The translations under genes were made by a program, and so were the position numbers. This document shows, in pieces, positions 8,746-16,773 of a DNA stretch of 23,147 nt. The notes under the pieces are model-generated. The model saw only the letters and a list, made by a program, of their open reading frames with translations, was not told the DNA's origin and did not search any database. The stretch lies in contig JAVKHQ010000037.1 in NCBI GenBank assembly GCA_031459875.1, forward strand, positions 1 through 23,147, written 5' to 3'. Positions within the stretch are counted from its first letter, which is position 1. Each line of letters opens with the position of its first letter. The DNA is from Candidatus Fervidifonticultor sextus (GTDB lineage: Bacteria > Sysuimicrobiota > Sysuimicrobiia > Sysuimicrobiales > Humicultoraceae).

Positions 8746-9816
8746 CTACTCCTTGAGGACGAGGCAGTCTTCCGGCCGCCAGGAGACGGTCACCCGCTCT
8801 CCAGGCCGAAACACCGGGGTGATCGTATCGTTGGGCACGCTGACGGCGAGCCGGGCCTGGCCCACGCGGCACAGGTACTGGACGGTCGCCCCGAGATAGG
8901 TGACGAACTCCAGGCTCGCGGCGAAGGCGTTGGTCCCCTCCGCGCCAACTGGGGCGATCTTGACGCGGGACTGCTTGATGACGGCCAGCACGCGGGTGCC
9001 GGGGGCCATCGAGGCATCCGGGCGGGCGTGGAGGACCAGGCCGTCGTCGGCTGCAATCCGGGTCAATCCGTTCTCGTGGCCAACGACCTGACCCCACAGG
9101 AGGTTCGACTGGCCGATGAAGCCGGCCACAAAGCTGTGCGCGGGCCGCTCGTAGACTTCGATGGGCGTCCCCTGTTGGACAATCTTCCCGTGATTCATCA
9201 CCGCAACCCTGTCCGACATGATCAGGGCTTCTTCCTGGTCGTGCGTCACGAAGATGGTGGTGATGCCCACCTGCTGTTGAATTTGTTTCAACTCGACCCG
9301 CATTTCCTCCCGCAGCTTGGCGTCCAGGTTGGAGAGTGGCTCGTCCAGCAGCAGGATCTGGGGTTCAATGACCAGGGCGCGGGCAAGAGCCACGCGCTGC
9401 TGCTGGCCGCCCGACAGCTGTCGCTGGTAGCGATCGCCGAGGCCTGTGAGGCGGAGCAGGGAGAGCGCGCGCTCGACGCGCTCGGCAACTTCGGCAGCGG
9501 GCAGGCGTCGCATGCGGAGCCCAAAAGCGACATTCTCCCGAACGGTCATGTGGGGGAACAGCGCATAGTGCTGAAAGACCATGCCAATGTTCCGCCTGTA
9601 GGGTGGCCAGTCGGTCACATCCTGGCCCGCAATGAAGATCCGGCCGGCGGTGACCGGCTCGAAGCCGGCGATCAGGCGCAGGGTGGTCGTCTTCCCGCAG
9701 CCGGAAGGGCCCAGGAGCGAGAGGAATTCGCCCGGGTTGACCATCAGCGAGACGTCGTCGACGGCCCGCACCGAACCGAAGTGCTTGCTGACGCTACGCA
9801 GCTCAACCGCTCCCAC
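8746..9816 (-). CDS. ABC transporter ATP-binding protein, PotA/MalK type with C-terminal TOBE domain (356 aa)
   Basis: Start GTG 9816 behind GGAGG. Walker A GPSGCGKT, Q-loop FQHYALFPH, LSGGQQQR, LLLDEP, VTHDQEEA. Confidence 0.93.
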   Translation of the reverse strand: MGAVELRSVSKHFGSVRAVDDVSLMVNPGEFLSLLGPSGCGKTTTLRLIAGFEPVTAGRIFIAGQDVTDWPPYRRNIGMVFQHYALFPHMTVRENVAFGLRMRRLPAAEVAERVERALSLLRLTGLGDRYQRQLSGGQQQRVALARALVIEPQILLLDEPLSNLDAKLREEMRVELKQIQQQVGITTIFVTHDQEEALIMSDRVAVMNHGKIVQQGTPIEVYERPAHSFVAGFIGQSNLLWGQVVGHENGLTRIAADDGLVLHARPDASMAPGTRVLAVIKQSRVKIAPVGAEGTNAFAASLEFVTYLGATVQYLCRVGQARLAVSVPNDTITPVFRPGERVTVSWRPEDCLVLKE

Positions 9817-11137
9817 GGCGGCCTCCCCGTCGGGGGAGCGCCTCCTGGCCCACCCGGGTGAGTCGGCCTCGATCGACGACGCGTTCCCCCTCCACGTACA
9901 CCGCCTCGATCTGGTCGCGCTGCACGGTGTAGACCACCTCGGACAGCGCCAGGTCCGCCGTGAGCGGGAACGGATGGCTCGACCGCACCAGGACCAGGTC
10001 CGCCCGCTTGCCGCGCTCAATGGAGCCGATCTCTCGCTCAAGACCCAGCACCCGGGCGGCGTCGATGGTCGCCATCCGGAGGGCCTCCGCCGCGGTGAGG
10101 GCCGTCGCGTCCTGGTGCAGCGCCCGCTGGAGGAGCACGGCGAACCGCATCTCCTGGAACATGGACTGGGTGTTGTTGCTGACCATGCTGTCGGTGCCCA
10201 GCCCGACGGGGATCCCCGCCTCCCGGTACTTGCCGATGGGGGCCACGCCGCTGCCCAACTTGGCGTTGCTCACCGGACAATGGACCATCCGCGCGCCACT
10301 TTGTCGGAACAGCCGGATCTCCTCTTCGGTCAGCCACACGCAGTGGATGGCCACGGTGCGGTCATCCAACAGCCCCAGGTCCGCCACGTACTGCACGGGG
10401 GTCCGGCCGTACCGTTCCCTGATGTAGTCCACCTCAGCGGCGCACTCCGCCAGGTGCAGGTAGAAATCGCAGCCCATGGCGGTGGCCTGCCGTTTCGCCT
10501 CCCGGAGGAACTCCGGGCCGCAGTTGTACGCCGAGTGCGCCCCCAACCAGAGGGAGACCAGGCGCGATCCGTCGTCGTGGCGGCGGGCGGCCTCCCGGGT
10601 GCGCGCCACCAGCTGAGGATAGTCGTGGGGGACGGGGGTGCCGAACCACTCGCTCGGTGGCATCCCGCCCACGACGATCCGGCACCCGAGGGCTGCAGCC
10701 ACCTCCGCCGCCAGATCCGGCGCGTAGCGACAACACTCGCACAGGCACGTGGTCCCGGACTGCAGCGCTTCGGTCACGCCCAGGACGGTGGCTTGGCGGA
10801 TCTGCGCCTCATCCAGGGCATCGATCCGGGGCGCCAGGAACCGCAGCCACGGGAACAGGGTGAGATCGTCCGCCGTCCCGCGGAGGAGGCTGAGCCAGAG
10901 GTGGGTGTGGGTGTTGATCAGCCCCGGCATCGCGATGTGGCCCCGGGCGTCCACCACCTGGACCGCGTCGGCCCCACCCGAGGTCGGAGCGACCGGCCCG
11001 CCCGCCGGGACCTGGCGGGCGTCCTCGACCGCGGCGATTCGGCCGTCCTCAATGGTAATCCGGCCGTCCGCCAGGAACCGATCCTCTGGATCGCACGTGA
11101 GAACGGCCGCGTGCTCGATGAGGACGCGTCCCATCAC
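9803..11137 (-). CDS. Amidohydrolase, COG0402 / MTA-SAH-deaminase-like family, substrate unknown (444 aa)
   Basis: NTHTHL (HxH), GAHSAY, LHLAE (HxxE), IHCVW, HCPVSNAKLGSG, GTDSMVSNN, GSIERGKRAD. Start GTG 11137 or ATG 11134. Confidence 0.85.
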   Translation of the reverse strand: MMGRVLIEHAAVLTCDPEDRFLADGRITIEDGRIAAVEDARQVPAGGPVAPTSGGADAVQVVDARGHIAMPGLINTHTHLWLSLLRGTADDLTLFPWLRFLAPRIDALDEAQIRQATVLGVTEALQSGTTCLCECCRYAPDLAAEVAAALGCRIVVGGMPPSEWFGTPVPHDYPQLVARTREAARRHDDGSRLVSLWLGAHSAYNCGPEFLREAKRQATAMGCDFYLHLAECAAEVDYIRERYGRTPVQYVADLGLLDDRTVAIHCVWLTEEEIRLFRQSGARMVHCPVSNAKLGSGVAPIGKYREAGIPVGLGTDSMVSNNTQSMFQEMRFAVLLQRALHQDATALTAAEALRMATIDAARVLGLEREIGSIERGKRADLVLVRSSHPFPLTADLALSEVVYTVQRDQIEAVYVEGERVVDRGRLTRVGQEALPRRGGRRGSG

Positions 11138-11170
11138 CGACCGGTTTCCCGACGCCGTGCCCGGGGTAGC

Positions 11171-12334
11171 CTACACCCTCCACTTGGGCACGACTTCCGT
11201 GTTGATGCGCTCGAGCCACCTCGCGCGGTTGGCGTTGATGAATTTCGCATCGAACCAGCGGACGGCCTGCAGCCGCGGGCCGTAAACGACCTGCTCGGAC
11301 AAGGGCGGATCCAGCTTGACCAGCCTGTTGGTGGGCGGGTTGAAGATCTCTCTGGCCATCCTGGACTGAATCTCGGGATCGAGCAGCGTGTTGAGATACC
11401 CCTCCGCCAACTCCTGGTTGGGCGCACCTTTCACGATGGCGGCATACTGCAGCGATCCGAAGGCCTTCTCCAGCGGCAGCACCCAGCTGACGTCGTAGCC
11501 CTCCTTCTGCATGAAGAGGACGTAGTAGTCGAACTCGGTAGAGATGATCACATCACCGGACTTGACGAAGGCGGCGTAGTCGGTCCAGAAGATGGACTGC
11601 CGGATCGGTCGCAACTCTCCCAGGGCGGCCAGCCCGGGCGCGACGTTCGTCTGGCTACCGCCGAAGAGCTCAGAGGCGACGATGAGGAGCTGGGGGGTCT
11701 GCGAGTGCAGCGGGGAGGCGATGGCCAGCCTGCCCCGGAACTCCGGCCGCCACAGATCGTGCCAGCTGGTCACCGGGAGGCTGGACCTCCCGCGGGCCAC
11801 CATCAGGCCATAGGCCAGCACGGAATAGGCCGCGCCATGCCCTTGCAGCGATGCGGGGGTGGCCCAGGGATAGACGTCCTTGATATTGGGAACGTTGCGC
11901 GGGTCAAACTTCGCCAGGAGCCCGCGCTCGGCCGCATCGACGAGGATGTCTTCAACGTTGAAGATGATGTTGATCTGCGGGTTGGCGGCCTGGGCACGGA
12001 GCTTGTTGTATCGCGCCGCCGCGCCCCCGATGTCGTATGTGACCGTGGCACGGTACTTTCGCTCGAAGGCCGGGGTCACGATCTTCCTCAGGCCCTCTTC
12101 GGTCAAGCCGCCCCAGGTCGACACGACGATCTGTCTGGGCGACTGCACGATAATCGTCGGTCCCCCAGCGGCGACCGCCTGGCTGGCCCGCCCGGCCTTG
12201 GCCAGCACCGCGGGCGCCGTCGCTCCCAGCGCCAGTCCCAGCGCAGCCTGCCCTGCCATCCGCAGAAACTCGCGGCGCGTCTTGCGTCGCGATGCGCCCT
12301 TGCCCTGACCCTGCTGTCTCCGACGCTTTGCCAT
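11171..12334 (-). CDS. Tat-exported ABC substrate-binding protein, PotD/PotF-like (387 aa)
   Basis: ATG 12334 behind AAGGAGG. TRREFL twin-arginine motif, hydrophobic h-region, AVA cleavage-type motif. VSTWGG, SWHDLW, PNQELA motifs of polyamine-type SBPs. Confidence 0.88.
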   Translation of the reverse strand: MAKRRRQQGQGKGASRRKTRREFLRMAGQAALGLALGATAPAVLAKAGRASQAVAAGGPTIIVQSPRQIVVSTWGGLTEEGLRKIVTPAFERKYRATVTYDIGGAAARYNKLRAQAANPQINIIFNVEDILVDAAERGLLAKFDPRNVPNIKDVYPWATPASLQGHGAAYSVLAYGLMVARGRSSLPVTSWHDLWRPEFRGRLAIASPLHSQTPQLLIVASELFGGSQTNVAPGLAALGELRPIRQSIFWTDYAAFVKSGDVIISTEFDYYVLFMQKEGYDVSWVLPLEKAFGSLQYAAIVKGAPNQELAEGYLNTLLDPEIQSRMAREIFNPPTNRLVKLDPPLSEQVVYGPRLQAVRWFDAKFINANRARWLERINTEVVPKWRV

Positions 12335-12372
12335 ACCGCCCCCCTCCTTTGTCTGCTCACTCCGCTGTCTGC

Positions 12373-13173
12373 TCACTCCGCCCTGCGGTCTTCGTCACCA
12401 CACCGGTACTCGGGGGCCGGGCCGTAGCCCGTATACCCCTCGCTGGCACAGAGCTCCCGAAGCCCGGCGATGGCCATCTCCTTCACCGGGATGTGGGCCG
12501 GACACGCGGTCGTGCAGTCGCCGCAGTCGGCGCAGTGCCCGATGCCGGCGTAGAGTGCATACGCCGCCCGGTCCTCGCCGTCGCGCGGGTCGAAGGCCCA
12601 TCGGGCGACCTGCACTAGGGCCGCCGGCCCCATGAACTTCTCTCCCACCGTGGGGCAGGACGCCACGCACAGCAGGCACTGGATGCAGTTCATCATCTCG
12701 GCCGCCCGGGCCATCTCGGTCGCCGTGAGGGGTTCCGGAAAGCCGGGGTAGGGCCGGTCGGCTGACCGGTGGAGGACCAGATCCAGCGTGCGGAGTTTTG
12801 CATCGTGGGGGTCGCGGTCAACCACCAGATCCCGGATGACCCTGAAGCCGCCCAGCGGCTCGATGGTCATCTCCGGCTCGGCGGGCTCCCAGCAGGTCAG
12901 GGACGGCCTGCCGTTCACGGTCATGGCGCACATTCCGCACTTCTTCACCCCGCAGAGCCACCGGTAGGCGACCGCATGGCCCAATTCCTCGCGGATGGCT
13001 TCCAGGACGTCCAGCACCCGCATGCCCTTCGTGTACGGGACCTCGTAGGTTTCGTAGCGGGGCTCGGCGTCCACGTCCGGCGCATACCGGAACACGGTCA
13101 CCTTCACGACGACCGGGATGGCCGGGGCCGAACCGTCAGTGACCTGGATTCCCGCCGGGGTCTCTCCGTCCAT
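12373..13173 (-). CDS. SdhB/FrdB-like iron-sulfur protein (266 aa) with [2Fe-2S] + 2x[4Fe-4S] motifs
   Basis: CGVKKCGMC-x11-C, VIRDLVVD, CIQCLLCVASCP, FMGPAAL, CADCGDCTTACP. GAGGGG SD. Confidence 0.88.
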   Translation of the reverse strand: MDGETPAGIQVTDGSAPAIPVVVKVTVFRYAPDVDAEPRYETYEVPYTKGMRVLDVLEAIREELGHAVAYRWLCGVKKCGMCAMTVNGRPSLTCWEPAEPEMTIEPLGGFRVIRDLVVDRDPHDAKLRTLDLVLHRSADRPYPGFPEPLTATEMARAAEMMNCIQCLLCVASCPTVGEKFMGPAALVQVARWAFDPRDGEDRAAYALYAGIGHCADCGDCTTACPAHIPVKEMAIAGLRELCASEGYTGYGPAPEYRCGDEDRRAE

Positions 13174-13200
13174 CCCCTCACCCCGTGGCCATGGATCGGC

Positions 13201-14940
13201 TCAGTAGTCCACCTCGAAGAAATCGGCCTTACCTTCCGCCGGCCGCGCATACGGCAGGGCGACCGGTTCTGTTTCGATCTTCAGGTCCCCGCCATCCAGG
13301 CGGCCCACCACGTGGCGGAGCCACTGGATGTTGTCGGTCAACGGGTAGTCCTCGCGGAAGAAGGCCCCGCGGCTCTCCCGCCGATAGAGGGAAAAGCGGA
13401 TCACCAGTTCGCAGGCGTCCAGCATGTCCTCGGCATCGACCGCTTCCATCCAGTCGTAGGTGAAGCGCCGGGTCAGGGACTCCAGGCGCATCCTGGGAAG
13501 CACCTCGGCCCGGATGCGGTGCAGCTTCTCCAGCCCCTCCCGCATGGTCACCTCGTGCTTGATGTAGTTCATGTGCTCCCACATCACGGTGCGGATCTGT
13601 TTGATGACCTGCGCCGGGAGATAGCCATCCCGGGGCTCGGTGCGGAAGAGCCGCCGGACCCGGTCCAGGTCCCGCGCCACCACGGCTTCGTCGAGCGCCG
13701 GCAGCGCCCGCCCTTGGATGGCGTCGGCGGCGTGCAGCGCCGCCACGTGGCCGTCGTACATGACGTTGGGCAGACCGCCGGTGACGAGCGCGCTCACCGA
13801 CCCGGCCACATAGAGCCCGGGGATGCCCGAGGCCATGGTCCGGCCGTCCACGCGGATGCCGCCCACGTTCATGTGCCAGGTCACGGCGTTCTCGATGAGG
13901 TCCCGCGTGGGATCGAGGCCCACCTTCTCGAGGAACTGCGTCTGGTACACGTACTTGCGGAGCACGTCGGGCTCGACATGGCGGTAGCCCGTGTAGTAGC
14001 CGCCGTCGAACCGGGCTTTCCCCTGCCGTACCTGCTTCACCAGGTACTTGAGCTGCATGATGTACGGGACCGGGTTGTGCGGCAGGAAGTTTCCGTCGAA
14101 GAAGAACTCGCCGTCGCTGTTGTATAACCGAGTGCGGTGCGCGGTGGCCGGCTGAGGGTTGGGGTAGAGGTGGAGCCGCATCCACGACCGCGGCCAGGCC
14201 ATATCAGACGCGTGGAACCACTGCATCTCGAGATTCTGCAGGGCGCAGCCCGCGCGCAAGGCCATCACCCAGCCGGCACCTGTCCCCTCGCGCGTACCCG
14301 TGGAGCGCAGGGACAGGTAGTTCGAGTGCCCGGTGGCGAGAATCGTGGCCTTGGCGCGCACGACCAGTAGTTCGCCGTGGCGGTAGTCCAGCGCCGTGGC
14401 CCCCACGACCTCGCCGCCGGCGGTCAACAGGGAGGTGGCGGCGGTCTCTTCCAGGACGGTGATCCCGCGGCGGAAGATCTCGGCACGAAGCATGTCCATG
14501 ATGACCTGCCCGGACATACCCATCTTGGTAGCCCAGGCCTGCGTGCCGTGGGGCAGATCGATCACGATCGACCCGTCGTCGTGGCGGAGGATGTAGAGCC
14601 CGCGCTCCTCGAGCCACGGGTAGAAATGATCGAACGTGAACCGCGCGGCGCGCCTCATGTACTCCTGGTCGCCCAGGTAGTGGGTGTACTTGGCGAGGAA
14701 CTCCATCGTCCGCCGCTGTCGTTCCTCGTCGGAGTGGACGGCCGTCGTCCCATCCTGGGGCGGACCGAACCAGTTCAGGTTCCCGGCGAAGATCGAACAC
14801 CCGCTGCGCCCCAGGAAGCCCTTCACGAGCATCACGACCTTCACCCCGCGCTCGTGGGCCTCGATGGCCGCCTTTGCCCCGGCACCGCCTCCACCGATGA
14901 TCAGCAGATCAGCATCAATCTGCCGCACCGGGTGCCCCAT
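13201..14940 (-). CDS. SdhA/FrdA/NadB/AprA-superfamily flavoprotein, catalytically divergent (579 aa)
   Basis: IIGGGGAG dinucleotide fold, ILATG, TGAG..MALRAG, GGIRVD, PGLYVAG and C-terminal RRESRGAFFREDYP helical domain. Adjacent to an SdhB-like gene. Confidence 0.88.
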   Translation of the reverse strand: MGHPVRQIDADLLIIGGGGAGAKAAIEAHERGVKVVMLVKGFLGRSGCSIFAGNLNWFGPPQDGTTAVHSDEERQRRTMEFLAKYTHYLGDQEYMRRAARFTFDHFYPWLEERGLYILRHDDGSIVIDLPHGTQAWATKMGMSGQVIMDMLRAEIFRRGITVLEETAATSLLTAGGEVVGATALDYRHGELLVVRAKATILATGHSNYLSLRSTGTREGTGAGWVMALRAGCALQNLEMQWFHASDMAWPRSWMRLHLYPNPQPATAHRTRLYNSDGEFFFDGNFLPHNPVPYIMQLKYLVKQVRQGKARFDGGYYTGYRHVEPDVLRKYVYQTQFLEKVGLDPTRDLIENAVTWHMNVGGIRVDGRTMASGIPGLYVAGSVSALVTGGLPNVMYDGHVAALHAADAIQGRALPALDEAVVARDLDRVRRLFRTEPRDGYLPAQVIKQIRTVMWEHMNYIKHEVTMREGLEKLHRIRAEVLPRMRLESLTRRFTYDWMEAVDAEDMLDACELVIRFSLYRRESRGAFFREDYPLTDNIQWLRHVVGRLDGGDLKIETEPVALPYARPAEGKADFFEVDY

Positions 14941-15811
14941 GCCCCTTCTCCCCCACCGACGGCAGCCGTGGCCCAGAGCCGCCGGCGGTCACACGCCTTC
15001 CAGGTTCGCGATGCCGCCATGTCGGGAGATCCCGATGCGCGGCCGCCAGGTCGGCCCGAATGGCCGACGCAGCACTTCGGAGCTTCCCCACCAGGTGCGG
15101 GACCCGCGAGGGTGGGACCCTAGTCTGCGGCCCGAGGATGGCCAGCCCGCCCAGCAGGCGGCCTTCGGCATGCACCGGGACCGCGACCGCCGCCACGCCA
15201 GGCGTCAGCTCGCCCACCGTGTAGGCATAGCCGCGCCGTCGGATCCCCTGGATCTTGCGGCGGAGCCGACTCGGCACGGTGACGGTCCGGGCGGTCACCT
15301 TCTGGAGGCGCTGCCCCAGAATCGCGTCGATCTCCTCGTCCGGCAGATAGGCCAGCAGGGCGAGGTTGGTGGCGCCGGCGTGGAGCGGCCAGGGTTCGCC
15401 CACGGGATAGGAGAGCCTCAGGGGGTGGTCGGACGTCTCGATGTCAACGACCACCGCGTGCTGTCCCTGCTTCACCAGGAGGACGACCGTCTCACCCGTC
15501 TCTGCCTTCAGGCGACGGAGATAGGGACGGGCGATGGCGCGCCAGTCGATGGCGGAGAGGGCCACGTGGCCCAGATGGGCCATGCGGGCACTCAAGCGGT
15601 AGGTGCGGGACTCCGGGTCATACACCAGCAGCCCCCCGTACTCCAGGGACCGCAACAGGCGGTACGCGGTGCTGGGGGAGATCCCGAGGGCCGTCGAGGC
15701 CGCCTGCACATTCATCGCCGGTTGGTGGTGCGAGAACGCGCCCAGCAGACGTCCCGCGCGTTCCACACCCACGAGCACGCTGCTCATCCTCCCCGAGCGC
15801 GGTCGAGCCAT
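14915..15811 (-). CDS. IclR-family transcriptional regulator
   Basis: VERAGRLL...LGISPSTAYRLLRSL HTH, ETGETV, PLHAGA, IRRRGYA, GVAAVAVPV effector domain. Start ATG 15811 or 15787. Confidence 0.92.
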   Translation of the reverse strand: MARPRSGRMSSVLVGVERAGRLLGAFSHHQPAMNVQAASTALGISPSTAYRLLRSLEYGGLLVYDPESRTYRLSARMAHLGHVALSAIDWRAIARPYLRRLKAETGETVVLLVKQGQHAVVVDIETSDHPLRLSYPVGEPWPLHAGATNLALLAYLPDEEIDAILGQRLQKVTARTVTVPSRLRRKIQGIRRRGYAYTVGELTPGVAAVAVPVHAEGRLLGGLAILGPQTRVPPSRVPHLVGKLRSAASAIRADLAAAHRDLPTWRHREPGRRVTAGGSGPRLPSVGEKGHGAPGAAD

Positions 15812-15855
15812 GGCGGCACCCCACGCGTACTGCTCCGGCGAGGCCGGATTTTGCT

Positions 15856-15871
15856 AATATTGAAAAATATT
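15856..15871. promoter_or_regulatory. AT-rich palindromic operator candidate AATATT-GAAA-AATATT
   Basis: Perfect inverted repeat in the only strongly AT-rich patch of the window, between the sigma-H-like promoter and the iclR start. Confidence 0.55.
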
Positions 15872-15892
15872 TCCTGAATTTTGACGTTTCCT

Positions 15893-15920
15893 ATTCCGCG
15901 TCCCCCCTCCTGCTTCCTGC
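15893..15920 (-). promoter_or_regulatory. Sigma-H-like promoter GCAGGA-N18-GAAT driving the iclR-flavoprotein cassette
   Basis: Minus strand GCAGGA 15920-15915 and GAATA 15896-15892 match the AGGA-N17/18-GAAT consensus of Bacillus sigma-H. Confidence 0.55.
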
Positions 15921-15942
15921 AGGCCGCTCCCGGGCGTCCACG

Positions 15943-16743
15943 CTAGACGAGGAGTCTGAGCCGCAACACGCGCTCGAGGAACAGGCTCGCGGCGAAGACC
16001 ACCACGACCAGCGCGGCGCCCACGGCCGCGACGAGGGGGTCGAGCCGGGACTCCATGTAGGCGAAGACCCGCACCGGGAGGGTCGTGCTGGCCGGCGTGG
16101 CCAGGAAGAGCGAGAGGGGGACGTTCACGAAGGACATGATGAAGGCCAGGACGAACCCCGCCGCCAGTCCCGTCCGGATCAGGGGGAGCGTGACGTGCCG
16201 CAGCGTCTGGAGACGCCCGGCCCCGAGGCTCATGGCGGCCTCCTCCAGCGACCGGTCGAAATGGATGAGGCTGGTCATCACCGCCCGCAACACGAACGGC
16301 AGGACGAACACCGCGTGGACGCAGATCAGGCCGGCGGAAGTCGTCGGGATCCGCAGGACATTGAGCAACTGCAGCATCGCCAGGCCCAGGACGATCTGCG
16401 GGACGACCAGCGGGGCCACAAAGAAGGTGGCGATGCCGTCCCGCAGGCGGAAGCGGCCCCGCACCAGCGCAAACGCCGCGGGACCGGCCAGCACCGTGGC
16501 TACCCCGGCGGCACCGGCCGCCACCCCGACGCTGACCGTCATGGAGCGTACGAACTCCCTGTGCTGCAGGAGCTGGGCGTACCAGCGCAGGGTGAACGAC
16601 TCAAAGGGGCTCGGGAAACTCGTGGCCGAATTCACGGACCCGATGACCACGATCAGCGCGGGACCCAGGATGTAGAGGTAGACGATCCCCAGGAACCCGT
16701 ACGACAGCAGTTCACCGACCCTCCGCACCCCAGACGACATCAC
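15943..16743 (-). CDS. ABC transporter permease, PotC-like (266 aa)
   Basis: About six hydrophobic segments. FTLRWY, PLVVPQIVLG, EAA loop LEEAAMSLGA, TTLPV. Confidence 0.92.
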   Translation of the reverse strand: MMSSGVRRVGELLSYGFLGIVYLYILGPALIVVIGSVNSATSFPSPFESFTLRWYAQLLQHREFVRSMTVSVGVAAGAAGVATVLAGPAAFALVRGRFRLRDGIATFFVAPLVVPQIVLGLAMLQLLNVLRIPTTSAGLICVHAVFVLPFVLRAVMTSLIHFDRSLEEAAMSLGAGRLQTLRHVTLPLIRTGLAAGFVLAFIMSFVNVPLSLFLATPASTTLPVRVFAYMESRLDPLVAAVGAALVVVVFAASLFLERVLRLRLLV

Positions 16744-16773
16744 GGCAGTGACCCGCGGGGCGTCCGCGACCTC

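Noticed and set aside
12373..14940. Calling the pair sdhAB/frdAB, nadB or aprAB
   Set aside because: Dicarboxylate-binding Arg/Thr/Glu residues and the covalent His are missing, there are no anchor genes, and the partner is SdhB-like rather than AprB-like.
15881..15886. TTGACG sigma-70 -35 hexamer on the plus strand
   Set aside because: No -10 element at 16-18 nt, and it points antisense into the permease gene.
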